Position numbers and translations under genes: made by a program
The notes under the pieces: model-generated
Told to the model about the DNA's origin: nothing
Seen by the model: only the letters and a program-made list of their open reading frames with translations
Database searches by the model: none
Shown here: positions 27,370 to 41,150 of the stretch, piece by piece
How positions within the stretch are numbered: the first letter of the stretch is position 1
Layout of the letters: the number at the start of each line of letters is the position of its first letter
Origin: Octopus vulgaris
Taxonomy: Eukaryota
Length of the DNA: 64,000 nucleotides
Direction: 5' to 3'
Assembly: GCA_951406725.2 (NCBI GenBank)
Contig: OX597829.1
Span: forward strand, 31,186,001-31,250,000

Positions 27370-27743
27370 CAAATATATATGCACATATATATATATTTCT
27401 TTATTGTCCACAAGGGGCTAAACATAGAGGAGACAAACAAGGACAGACGAACGGATTAAGTCAATTACATTGACCCCAGTGCGGAACTGGTACTTAATTT
27501 ATCGACCCTGAAAGGATGAAAGGCAAAGTCAACTTCGGCGGAATTTTGAACTCAGAACATAACGGCAGAGTTATATATACATGCACATATATATACATAT
27601 ATATACATGCATATATCTAGATTATATATATATAGATATGTATATATAATTATATAAATATATATATATATATAGACATGTATATATAATTATATAAATA
27701 TATATATGTATATAATATATATAGACATGTATATATAATTATA

Positions 27744-27782
<39 letters not shown>

Positions 27783-27798
27783 GACATGTATATATAAT

Positions 27799-27844
<46 letters not shown>

Positions 27845-27901
27845 TGTATATATAATTATATAAATATATATATATATATATATAGATGTATATATATATA
27901 T

Positions 27902-28199
27902 CACAGTGATCACCGTGACCGACCAGGCTATCAGATGTTGTTACACATTGCTGGTCACACTGTGCTTAGCCTTCAAATGATGCCACCCCGCTGGCTAAGC
28001 AAACAGGCCTACAGGAGAAAGAGTGAGAGAAAGTTGTGGCGAAAGAGTACAGCAGAGTTCGCCACCATCCCCTGCCAGAGCCTCGTGGAGCTTTAGGTGT
28101 TTTCGCTCAATAAACACTCACAACAGCCAGTCTGGGAATCAAAACCGTGATCCTCCGACGGCGAGTCCGCTGCCCTAACCACTGGGCCATTGCGCCTCC
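27902..28199 (-). mobile_element. tRNA-derived SINE (third family, CpG-retaining)
   Basis: Head ggaggcgcaatggcccagtggttagggcagcggactc...ggttttgattccc. A partial copy lies at ~41865-41980. Confidence 0.8.
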
Positions 28200-28255
<56 letters not shown>

Positions 28256-28260
28256 TGTAT

Positions 28261-28308
<48 letters not shown>

Positions 28309-28364
28309 ACCTATACACATAAATATGTAGACACATATATACATATACACATAAATATGTAGAC

Positions 28365-28395
<31 letters not shown>

Positions 28396-28469
28396 GACAC
28401 ATATATACATATAAATATATATATATATATAGACACACACACATATAAATATATATATACATATATACA

Positions 28470-29480
28470 CCACCATCCTCACAGGCACCCAGCATCAACC
28501 CTATCATATCACTGACTCCTTCACCTGCACTTCTAGCAACACCATTTTCTGCATCTCCTGCTCTCTCTGTCCTTCTCTACACGTCAGTCAAATGGGATGC
28601 CACTTGGCTGACCGGTTCGCGGAAGACTTCTGAGACATCAGACTTGGCAACGACACTCTGGTGTCACACCATTTCTGCTCTACTGGTCATTCTTTGCAAC
28701 ACATGTCTGTGTTCGGATTGTCTTTGCACAGGGCGATCGGGACTCCTGTCTTCACCGTGAACAGGAATTAATCTTCTCCTCTGCTCCTTTGCATCACATG
28801 GGCCTAACTCCTCTAACTCTCCTCCCCTTTCCTCTCACACTACCCCTCTTCACTCCCATCCACCTCTCCTCTCCTCTCTTGCTCTGACACCTACTTCGTC
28901 TCTTCACTCCTACCCACCTTCTCCCTTTGTCACTCCCTCCATCATTACCCCACCCCTACACAATCCAACCCCATCATCCCTATACATCCCATCACACCCC
29001 CCACACACATACTCCACCCCTCTAGCATCCCTCACACCCCACCACCAAGCCACATCTTGCCACACCACACACCACAACACAACATACCACAGATCACCAC
29101 ACCACATCACACCACCCACTGACAACTTCCCAGCACCCACACCAACATCCACACACACACATGTCAAGGTCACCAGCCCCTATCCACACACACGGACACT
29201 CTCACATACACACACGTGCTCCTTCGCTTTGGATCACTACTACTTTATTATCTCCCCTTCTTCCTAGCTCTCCAGTCTAACCACCACTGTTCGGCCATCG
29301 ACATGATTGACCGTTAGTTACTAAAGCTTTTTTATTTATTCTCTCTCTGTTTATTTTCCCATGCTGAAGAGAGTAGGCTTGAAACGTAAAAGACTTTCTC
29401 ACCTTCCTGAGCATTAAACCAATACACCTGCTTCTTGTTTACACACCAGTCTCTGTCTTTTGTTTTTTGTAAATTCCAAA
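28470..29480 (+). mobile_element. 5'-truncated Penelope-like element: GIY-YIG endonuclease remnant, C/A-rich 3' UTR and terminal repeat with HHR
   Basis: [51 protein letters not shown]...GHSLQHMSVFGL...REQELIF...GLN is the PLE (Neptune-like) GIY-YIG layout. CUGAAGA-GAG-UAGG-CUU-GAAA-CGUA at 29364-29388. Confidence 0.85.
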
Positions 29481-29891
29481 TATATATACATACATATATA
29501 TATATATATATATACATGCATAAAAACATATATACATGTACCTATACATATATACATATGTATATATACATATATATATATGCATATATATGTACATATG
29601 TACACACACACACATATATATATACCTATATATTCATATATATACCTATATATATATATATATATATACATGTATATATACATATAAATATATATATATG
29701 CATTTATATATTCATATTTATAATATCAATATATATATATATATATACACATTAATATATATATATACACATATATACATATATTTATATATGTATACAT
29801 ATATATTTATATACATATATATATGCATATATATATACACACACATATAAACATATATATACACACATATATATAAACAAAGATATATATA

Positions 29892-29926
<35 letters not shown>

Positions 29927-30280
29927 TCACATATATATACATATTTATATACATTCACATATATATATATATACACACACACATATATATATATATACTT
30001 ATATAAATATACATAGACATATATATACATATGCATACATATATACGCATATGCATACATATATATACATATGTATACACATATATATACATATATATAC
30101 ACATATATATACACATATATATACACATATATATACTTATATATACACATATATATACACATATATATACTTATATATACACATATATATACATATATAT
30201 ATACACATATATATACATATATATATACACATATATATACACATATATATACACACATATATATATATATATACACACAC
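29481..30280. repeat. long compound (TA)/(TACA)/(CATATATATA) microsatellite
   Basis: Seen directly. Similar tracts at 8120-8390, 27570-27900, 28200-28470, 33145-33660, 34385-34585, 35405-35850, 41980-42180 and 58300-58500. Confidence 0.95.
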
Positions 30281-30283
30281 AAG

Positions 30284-31837
30284 CTAGCACTATGACCCGG
30301 TATTGCCGGGTCTAGCGCTAGTGCTTGTTGTTCGTTGCCGGGTCGCAGTAAAAATTTCTCACTAAATCAAGAGCTAAGTTTCTTATCACATTTCAGCCTG
30401 GGCCAGTTTTGTTTATGAGAGTAATTAATATTCATTGGACTTCGGTTTTCACACCTGGAACGGCATAATCATGGAAAATTAGCACGCATGTGCACATGCC
30501 ATTAGTTGGACAAAAAGGAAGCAGAAGAAAGCGTAAAACTTGAATTTGGCCGCAAAATAGCATGATTTTGAAAATACACATAAATCTCGTTTGAGTTTTG
30601 GTTTCACACCCAACCCAGTTCTGCGCAATCAGTGTCACGACGGGAAGACATGGGTTGGGAATTTTACTGGCAGAGGTGATCAAGTTGCACATGCCAACCC
30701 TTTTGACACCTCGTCCTATGAGCGAATAGCAATGGTGGGAAGAAAAAATGCTGATTCTGGCAAGAGCAATTAGAGCACAAAAAAACAGCATTCAAAAAAG
30801 TGTGATTTTATGAGTATGACACATTGAAGCAAGTAACGCAGTAAGGTCAATAGTTATAAGTCCATGACGCATAGAAGCACGTAAGACATCAAGGTTAACT
30901 AAGGTATAAATGATAGGTATGCCTTTTTGTCAGATAGCTAATTGGGCTCCCGATCCACTGAAATGGAGGAGGTTAGGTTCGGAACACAACTAAGCCTTCA
31001 ACCAAAACCTAGACTAACCTTTACGGAAGGGGGCTCGGGAGCTTCTAATCCTGATCTATCACTAACCCATCCTAGGGGTTCTAAATGACATGGCTGTGGA
31101 GATGTGCATGGTAGGTTTGTTTCAGAGGAGGACAACTGCATTGGATTAAGGACCATTGGAGAATGTAGCTTTGGAGACCTGCATTGGCAAAACTTACCAA
31201 AACTTACCAACAGCCTTCACAAAAAGGGACCTAGCCCTTTAACCTAACTTAATACACATCTGACAAAGTGAGAATTGTTTTCGTTGAGGATAGCATTGGT
31301 ATACCAATGCATTTATAAATGCTAATACAAAATCTTGTTGTAAAAAATATTGCGTGTTTTACCCTCAGGGGCATACACAAACAGGTCATTCCTACATCCA
31401 ACGTGGGAGCAGGTAACATAAAGTTGCCCATGCAAAAAGCAGGGCTGGCCCAGATGTATTCCCGTGACTGAGTGTCTGTCCCTGCAATTTGTTAATTGAC
31501 ATCGCAAAGCAAAGCTTCATCGGAAATTGCATAAGGCAGAAAGTGAAGGGAATGTCCAATGGCACAGAAAATATGTCCATTCTTGCAATGAAGACGGTTT
31601 CCCCTTTTCTTGTCCCATTATAATGGTTGCCTCACTCAAGTCAGCGGACAATGACTTGACAACCAATCACGTGCCGTTGCACTGTATGGGCGGGAGCAAA
31701 TTCCAGATCAGCATGATGGGATAGCCAACTCTTAGCCGCAAGTGGAAGCTGCGATGGCATCAAAGCGTTCAAAAACTTGACTGGGTATTGGGCAGCATCC
31801 TGTGGGTCTGGGATTCTGTCAATCAACTTGTACACAC
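30284..31837 (-). mobile_element. autonomous Helitron 3' remnant with a decayed Pif1-like helicase C-terminus
   Basis: Across frameshifts (~31837-31320): QYPVKFLNALMPSQLP...KVGYPIMLI..LCNGT...QFPMKLCFAMSINKLQGQTL..GIHLGQPCFLHGQLYVTCSHV...KTRNIFYNKIL. The 3' end has hairpin gacccgg-caata-ccgggtc followed by CTAG (30284-30287). Confidence 0.85.
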
Positions 31838-31861
31838 GTTTTTTTATTTTTAATCCTACTT

Positions 31862-32726
31862 GACCTTGAAATCAAGAGGACAGATCCTGATGTCTACAAC
31901 TCTTTCCTGCAATCAGACCTAGACACAATGCAGCAATGGATCACAGACTGGCAACTGAAACTGGCTGTGGACAAGTGTAACACCATGCATTTTGGGAGAA
32001 AAAACCCTGCGTTCACATACTCCCTCCACAACACTGATATCAAGAAATCCTCTTGTGAGCGTGACCTAGGCATCACTGTCAGCAGTGATTTGCGTTGGTC
32101 AAAGCATATCTCTAAGATTGTCAGGAAGGCCGAGGGTGTCTTGGCATCACTCAGCAGGTCTTTTGTTAGCCGCTCTCCAGCCATCTATTTAAAACTGTAT
32201 ACAGCTATGGTACGACCGCACTTGGAATTCGCATCATCAGTTTGGAACCCCTATCTTGCACAGAACATTGACCTCCTGGAATCTGTCCAGAGACGTGCAA
32301 CCAAACGCATACCCTCCATCAGACACCTACCATATTCTGAGCGCCTTGTTTCCCTGGGCATGGATTCACTGAAGCTCCGGCGTTTGGCGACGGACTTGGT
32401 AAACACCCACAAAGTTATCAACCACCTCACCAACAACAACACTGAACACCTTTTTGATCTCCATGTGTCTAACACACGTGGACATGCCTACAAAGTCAGA
32501 AAACAATACAGCTCCCATGACTTTCGGAAACATTTTTTCACGCTCAGAGTTGCTGAAGCATGGAATAAACTGCCTGCGTCAGTTGTTGACTGCCATGACA
32601 CTGCATCTTTTAAGGCCCTCATGCTTTCCGAAATCCGCCGAAACTACACCTGATTATATATACACTTTAGATGAGTTGTAGTGCACCTGAGCACTGTACA
32701 CAATTATTATTATTATTATTATTATT
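31862..32726 (+). mobile_element. 5'-truncated CR1/L2-group LINE (RT C-terminus, 3' UTR and (ATT)n tail)
   Basis: ORF 31802..32653 reads LQSDLD..QW..DWQLKL...KC..MHFG...ERDLGI...LY.AMVRPHLEFASSVWNPY...LESVQRRATK...FF..RV...WNKLP, with no internal stops. Ends in attattattatt. Confidence 0.9.
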
Positions 32727-33145
32727 TGAATAAAACATCCTGGGCTCTTGCTGAATGACTTAAAACAACCAAAAGCATAAAAGTAAAGACCTTCCTAAAT
32801 AGATTCATTGAGTAGGCTCCAACTCTTTTATGGCATACTTAAGGAATGACAGCATATTAAGCATATTTGGTCTTTCATGAAAATCCCACTTTTTTGTCAT
32901 TCACTTGGTCTAATGCAGCAAGCTGACAGAAACGTTAGCACGCCAGGCGAAATGCTGAGCGGTATTTTGTCTGCCGCTACGTTCTGAGTTCAAATTCCGC
33001 CAGGGTCAACTTTGCCTTTCATCCCTTCAGGGTCGATTAAATAAGTACCAGTCACGCACTGGGCTCGATATAATTGACTTAATCCATTTGTATGTCCTTG
33101 TTTGTCTCCTCTGTGTGTAGCGGTTGTGGGCAGTAAAGAAATAAG

Positions 33146-33176
<31 letters not shown>

Positions 33177-33337
33177 TATATATATATATGTGTGTGTACA
33201 TATACACAGGAATATATACATATGTATTCCTACATATGTACATATATGATATATATATATATATGTATTTATTTATATACGTATATGTATATATTTATTC
33301 ACATATATATGTGTATGTGTGTGTGTGTGTGTGTTTG

Positions 33338-33372
<35 letters not shown>

Positions 33373-33376
33373 ATAT

Positions 33377-33422
<46 letters not shown>

Positions 33423-34027
33423 TTATATGTATATATATACATATATACATATGTATATATATCGTGCATCACTTATACACCTCCTTGTTTATACACCTTG
33501 TTATTCTGTAAATTTCAACTATATATATAGACATATATATACATATTTATATACACAAACATATATAGCCATATATATACATATTTATTTATATACACAC
33601 ACACATATATACAAATATATATATACATATAAATACAAATATATAAATATATACATACTCCAAGAAAGTTAGACGATATGAATCCAACTAAGGGATAATA
33701 TCTATGCAATATACTGCTAGGAGAATACCCAATTATTAATACACAAGTGTTATATTCCTGTATGTTATATTTTAATAATTACTGGTATCTTTATATATAA
33801 AGCATATGTTATACATGTATGTATATTCTTGTAATTGTCATTTCAGTAAATAAATAAATAAATTGACAATATAATGTCTAAAAGTTGATGAACCACCTAT
33901 TGATCCTCTCCATTTTCTTATTGCTCTATATATACATATATATATACACATATATATGTGTATACTTATTTATACATATACATATATCTATACACAAATA
34001 TACATATATTATATTATACATATACAT

Positions 34028-34774
34028 AGGCACAGGAGTGCCATCCAGGTTCAGTCCCACTGCGTAGTACCTTGGGCAAGTGTCTTCTACTATAGCCTCG
34101 GGCCGACCAAAGCCTTGTGAGTGGATTTGATAGACAGAAACTGAAAGAAGCCCGTTGTATATATGTGTGTGTTTATGTGTTTATGTGTTTGTATTTGTAC
34201 CCCTAACATTGCCTGACATGCGATGCTGGTATGTTTACATTCCCGTAATTTAGCGGTTTGACAAAATACACCGATAGAATAAGTACTAGGCTTACAAAGA
34301 ACAAGTCCTGGAGTCAATTTGCTCGACAAAAGGCAGTGCTCCAGCGTGGCCACAGTCAAATGACTGAAACAAATAGAAGAGTATATGTATATCTATACAC
34401 ATATGTCTATACATAAACATATATACATATATATATATATTCACATATATATACATATTTATAAATAAACATATATACATACATATATATATAAATATAT
34501 ATATACATGTATATACATACATACACATATATATACATATATACACACATATCTATACACATATACATATCTATATATATATATTCTTTTACTTGTTTCA
34601 GTCATTTGACTGCGGCCATGCTGGAGCACCGCCTTTAGTCGAGCAAATCGACCCTGGGACTTATTCTTTGTAAGCCCAGTACTTATTCTATCGGTCTCTT
34701 TTGCCGAACCGCTAAGTTACGGGGACGTAAACACACCAGCATCGGTTGTCAAGCAATGCTAGGGGGACACACAA

Positions 34775-34807
<33 letters not shown>

Positions 34808-34962
34808 CATATATACGACAGGCTTCTTTCAGTTTCCATCTACCAAATCCACTCACAAGGCATTGGTCGGCCCTGGGCTATAGCAGAAGACACTTGCCCA
34901 AGATGCCACGCAGTGGGACTGAACTCGGAACCATGTGGTTGGTTAGCAAGCTACTTACCACA
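34028..34962. mobile_element. tail-to-tail pair of major-family SINEs (34028-34382 +, 34585-34962 -)
   Basis: Both match the SINE consensus, in opposite orientations, separated by a ~200 bp microsatellite. Confidence 0.85.
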
Positions 34963-35440
34963 CACAGATATATACATATATATATATAGACACATACATG
35001 TATATATACACATATACTCTTTTTACTCTTTCGCTTGTTTCAGTCATGTGACTATGGCCATACTGGAGCACCACCTTTAGTCAGGCAAATCGACCCCAGG
35101 ACTTATTCTTTGTAAGCCTAGTATTTATTCAATCGGTCTCTTTTATCGAACTGTTAAGTTACAGGGATGTAAACACACCAGCATCAGTTGTCAAGCAATG
35201 TTGAGGGGACAAACGCAGACACACAAACATATACACACACACATACACATATATATAAATACATATATATGACGGACTTCTTTCAGCTCTTGTCTACCAA
35301 ATCCACTCACAAGGCTTTGGTTGGCCCGAGGCTATAGTAGAAGACAGTTACCCGGAACCATGTGGTTGGTAAGCAAGCTACTTACCACACAGCCACTCCT
35401 ATCCCTATAAATATAGAGATGTATACATTTATATATACAT

Positions 35441-35477
<37 letters not shown>

Positions 35478-35673
35478 CATACATAGATATCTGCATACAT
35501 ATATACAGATATCTACATATATATACTTATACATATATGGATATATATACATATGCATATATATATATACATATGCATATATATACATATATATGTATAC
35601 CTATACACACACACACACACACATATATATATATTTACACACGTGTATATACTTATATATATATACATATACT

Positions 35674-35704
<31 letters not shown>

Positions 35705-35849
35705 AAATACATATACATACATATATATATATATATATATACATATATATACACACATACATATATACATATGCATATATACATTATATATTCACACATA
35801 CATATATATAAATGTATATATACATATATTTATATACATTATACATATT

Positions 35850-38800
35850 TATAAACGCGAAGTACCAGTACATCTGAATTATAACCTAAGAGCGATGTTA
35901 ATATGTTACGTAACAGCTCAGAAATCTTTTGATAAATGTCTTGTACATAAAAGTTTTTTAAAAACAAACAAACATAGGAAAATCTATTGTTAGTCTCTTC
36001 CATATTATGCAACTGTAGTGATGCCCAGCGTTTGTTAGAAAGCAGAATTCACCATATGCTGCTATGTTCAAGTCGGGACCTAAACAATTTGAGTTTTTAG
36101 CAGTCATAAACAAACGTTTAACCTTAGTCAGCCCTGATCGAGTATGTCTACGATCAAACGCATTCCAGCCATGGCCATCCAGTTTTTTTTTTTTTCCGAC
36201 ACTCTATATCTTAGACTACAACCCGATTTGTCCTTTCCTTTTTTGGTGGTTTGAAGGAAACCCGGCTACTATTTATAGAAGGTCTAGTGACCACATAGTG
36301 GCTCTTAACTGATTATAACTTGCTTTGCAATGGTAACCACTGTTGGTCTTTTCCCTTCAGCGTAGTATTTCAGCAAAGAACAGGTTCGACCTTCCACCTA
36401 TAAACTTTCATTTATTATAAACCACACCTATTCCGAAAATGTCGAAGATCGACACAAACATATACAAGTATTGCTGGAGCGGTTTAGTCTTAATCTCTAA
36501 TGCACATTGTAATTTTGTTACGTTGGGAGTACTAACTACCTCCTGAACTGAAACTGAAATTGCTTTTTCTATATTCTTTTACATAATGTAACTAGAACGT
36601 ATCATTATTAATATATGTAGATTTCATTTGTGTTTCAACCAAACAGGTATTGCCAGATGCCGTTATATCATTTAGTGTCTGTAACACCGGTCTAGTCAAT
36701 GCTCGCCGCCGGACACGTAAAAAAATTTTTTCTCATTTTAATATATTATTAATTATTACTTATTCCATCGCCCAAAATCGAATAAAAAGCAGGCAATGCC
36801 TAAAAAGCTTAACCCATTTAGGGTTTTGAATCGAAACAATATCGCAAGTCTTTTTAGCAATTAAAAGCAATTCCTACTTTCATCAGATTTTTGGAATTTT
36901 TTTCTTTCATCCCAAATTATGGAATTAGAAAACTGCATTCATTGATCCGTGACTATATTATCTACTATCCCAGCTCTGTTCTTAAGGGAAATGTGTTATT
37001 GGAAATTTTACTGCCATTTCTAGCGATCGATCGACCACGTAGAAACTGTCAATGCGTCACAGATCCTGATAGTTGTCTTAAGCCGAAAATTCGAAATAGG
37101 ATAGCTTAATTATTTTTGTTTACAAACGTATAACACGCTTCAATATATGCTTCATGCTGTAAAATTCGACGTTGCATGTTACCCAATTCAAATTCCCAGA
37201 GTCGACTTGGCCTGTCATCACACAGACAAACAAAAAACTTACTTTGGAATACACACACACATATATATATAAGAAAGTTAAAATAGTGGAAGACGCATAT
37301 TGTAACCATTTTTGAACGAAGCCTTTTAGGTAGCAGTAAACAAATTGATAACATTATTAGTAATTATAATATACAACTCCCACTGCATAAAAAGAAAAAA
37401 AGAATGTGTTATTAAAATATTATAGGTAATATCAAAATTTGATTTTAAAATATACAATTAGAACACTAATATTACAAAAAGCTTAGTAGTAAATAAATTT
37501 GTAAATTCTCAGGAAATAAGAATTATCAGCAACAAAATGCAATAATACTTATGTACACAGTATGTCGAATTCGACAATATATTAATTTAAAATATAGTTA
37601 TAAATAACTGGTTATTAAAGTAGTAATTACGCCACTGGATAACAGACTGCAAACACTTTTTACTTGCTTGGTCTGTAGAAAGTGGCAGTACTGATGTTCT
37701 TTATAGACACTCTGAGACCGGCGAGAGAGATGCCATTTATGTTTCTTTGTAACATTTGTAAGGTTTAGCTCCTGCGAGAAAGATATATAAGCATACAAGG
37801 CATTTCAAAGAGTTAGAGTTCAGGGAAGGAAGAACTGGACGCAGAAATAAGCGTAGGACTTAAGGAACTGGGTACAATAAGGACCATGAGAAGGAGAGAT
37901 GAGCGAGACGAGAATGTCTGAATGGAGGTGACATTAGCGTCGTACAAATAAATTGGCTTAAAAATTTTGATATAAAGGAATTATAGGTGTACAGAAAACA
38001 ACGAGGCGAAAGTAAAGAATACACAAACTCCGTGTTTAGGATATAAGATTAGGATTTAGGGTTGGGGCTGAGGGTTAGGGTTTTTGATACGCCGAAAACG
38101 GGTGGTGTACGTATTCTTTACCTCCGAAAAACAACGAATATACCAACGCAATAAAAAGATGAGTTAAACTTTTTTTATATAAAACGTAAAATATAATTTT
38201 TCAACAAGGAAACTAACAACTCAACACAATTGTGGCATACTGAATGGCTTCCAGACAGAGAAATGAAATTTATTCATTAAGGACATAATTTTTTTAAGAA
38301 ATAAATGCATTATAATAATGTTATGTCTGGGGAGAGTCATTCTCTTTTAGTGCCTTATAATTTAACACACTCACCGGTAAAATTTCCACTTATTTCTTTT
38401 TTTATTTTTCTAAAATTTTCGTTGCATCTTGCAACCTTCTCAATAGTTTTGGATTATAATTATAATAATAATAATAATAAAATAAAAATTAGACAAAAAA
38501 GGGTATACAGACTCCGTTGACAGAAATTACCGGCAAATGAACAGTGTATTACAAAAAAAAAATTCTGAACTTCTGATATATATATATATTTATTTATGTG
38601 GTATGTGTATTCGTGCAAGTAGATCTAAGTTTAGTAAATCAAGTGGAACTCCTGCAGAACATCACTCGATTGTCAGGTGTCAGTACATCAGGGGAGGTGA
38701 CTCTAATTCTACATCCGTTATACAAAGGATACACGCTTACTTATAAAATTATAAATCTTAGATGATGTTATTTCATTTTTCTCCAAGTTTTTGCTATATT

Positions 38801-39192
38801 TAGGAAGCTAAAAATACGTATTCATATGTAGGCAAACCTTTTTTTTTTCTCGTTTTCTTTGCTTACATGTGTTGTTTTTTTTTTTAAACTATTAATATAT
38901 GTGAAGGCTTATAGTACCATATGTAGTTATTAACAGCGTAGCTAGTTGTAAACAAGTTGTATCGTTATTGCTCTCGTTCAGTTGGATTTACAACAGTTTA
39001 CATCGTTGAAGTTATAAGAGAATCTACAATACGTGTTTCTTTTCATTTTAAATGCAACGTATAGCCAACGGTGTATGACAAGAAGCGCTCAGAGAAAAGA
39101 GACTCCATAATTAAGTTTATTTCTTATTTTAACTGTTTCATTTCATTTAGTATCGTTAATTCCATATGAAAAAGTCACGAGCATCATATAAT

Positions 39193-39252
<60 letters not shown>

Positions 39253-41150
39253 GTGTGTGTGCATATTGATAACTGAAATCGATTTTAAATACTGTATATT
39301 AACCGGTTTTCACCTCGTCCTTGAAATGTTATAAAATGTCGTTTGAAATGTTCGTAAAATAAGAACTTTGTGTAAATGCTTGTTAAAAAAAAATCTTTGA
39401 AATTTATTTTCCCTGAATTATTTTTATATTCCTCAAATATTCAGAGATGTCAACAGATAAATTCAGTCGGGCTTTCTTAGAAGTTCATTAATGAAACGGA
39501 TAACCAAATTCATTAGTGCCAATTGATTTAGAAAGAATTCGGTTTAAGATTTGTAATTCAAACAGAACATATGACATGAGATATGTTAGCGTATAACGGT
39601 ATAAGGAAAACTTTTTTTTTTTATTTGCTGAAAGCAAGCATTTAAAAATTTATCAGTTACTTGATTTTGTCTTCTCGACAAAAGGATATATTTTTCAGCT
39701 GTTTCAAAATGTCAAACAATAATCAACAAAGTTTGCAAATATCAGTTTGTATGTCGTGTGGGAGACGTGAATTCTAACATTTCGGTCACAGCCCTTATTT
39801 GGCGGAAAAAAAAAAGTTTCCACAATACACACCCACGAGCCAACGCCGTCGCTCAACCTGCTAGAAATGGCAGTCAAAATTCCACACATACACCTTTAAA
39901 AATTACGCCCTACTATCTGAAAATCACATTAAATAACATTGTCCCATTTACCCCTAAAGAAAAAGAAAATGAAATGATCACGGCTGGACAGGTTTTGATC
40001 ATAGGTCGCTTGACAATTAACCTGTTTCTGAACAACATACCTCACCCAAGACTATTGAGAGTCTCTATACAGTCGCTCAACTTGCTAAAAATAGCAGTCA
40101 AATCAACCTCAAACCACACTGCACATTAGATATAAAAAAAAAATTAGGACGATGTAGTCCCTGATATACATGTATACAAACACAAGATGGGACGTTCAAC
40201 ACTGGAACATAGTTGGTCAAAAGACTACTCTATGAGGGGGCTGACCTAGACCTAATTCCACCAACAACAACGTACGCACCAGTGAAGAATGGTTGGGCAA
40301 GGCAGGAACGCCATAGATCATATGTCTTCTCCATTAGGATTGACTTATAGCTAAACAACAGCTGTAGAAATAAATACCTTTTAGCTCGAACAGGACTAAC
40401 GTGCAGCTAAATAACAATTTGCACATATTTGCTGACTTTATTTACCTTTTTTTGTTTTCTTTATACTTATTTATTTATTATTATTTTTTTTTGCCGATGT
40501 AGAACCAGCAGTTTGAATTTTATTTATAATATTATCAAATAATAATGTCAGTCGGTAAGAAGGAAGACTCGCCTCAACACAAATATTACATTCCTATAGC
40601 AATGGGCTGTAACCTTTAAAATGAGTGTCTCATTGAAGATTAAAACGTCATATTCATTATACGGCGTATTCATACACTCCGCCGCAACCCACACATAAAT
40701 ATTACAATCAGCAATGTACCTCGTTAAATACATCGACATTCATTTGAATAATTCAAGTACGTAAACATTAATAAAAACACAGTACTCTGTGTGTGTGCGT
40801 GTGGTGGTGGTGGTGGTGGTAGTAGCGGTAGTAGTAGTAGTAGTAGTAGTAGTAACATTATATACAGAGTGAAAAGAGAATCAAGTATTGAGAATAATGA
40901 AAGGAGGAGAGCAATAAATAAATTAGCTAGCTGACTACATTCACAGCATAGCCGTATGCGTGTGCGTGTGTGTGTGTGTTTTGTATATGTGTCTTGACTA
41001 ACCAGCTGAAAAGTTTACCAGCTGTTCTCTGTTTGGTATTAACAACGATAATTCTTAACATCATCTGACGGACGTTTTTAACTTTACACACACACACACA
41101 CACTATCTTCCGTTGTTTTACCAAAAACATGTACACATGCATCGAATATG
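35850..41150. promoter_or_regulatory. CpG-retaining, largely single-copy block (putative unmethylated promoter/intergenic region)
   Basis: CG dinucleotides are visibly more frequent than in the flanking non-repeat DNA (qualitative, not computed), and there are few major SINE insertions. Confidence 0.4.
40503..40554 (+). other. candidate exon containing a start codon (ATG TCA GTC G)
   Basis: Branch-like gctgac (~40431), long T-rich tract, tag acceptor (40500-40502), ATG at 40545 and donor G|GTAAGA. All three frames are closed upstream of the ATG. Confidence 0.3.

Noticed and set aside
28120-28199. tRNA gene candidates (also 56880-56950 and 403-476)
   Set aside because: They are SINE heads: the acceptor stems are incomplete and they continue into SINE bodies.
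31802-32653. 283-aa ORF as a host gene
   Set aside because: It is a 5'-truncated LINE RT C-terminus, and its N-terminus is read-through from flanking Helitron DNA.
36310-36400. Minus-strand open stretch VEGRTCSLLKYYAEGKRPTVVTIAKQ
   Set aside because: No convincing donor site and no recognisable homology.
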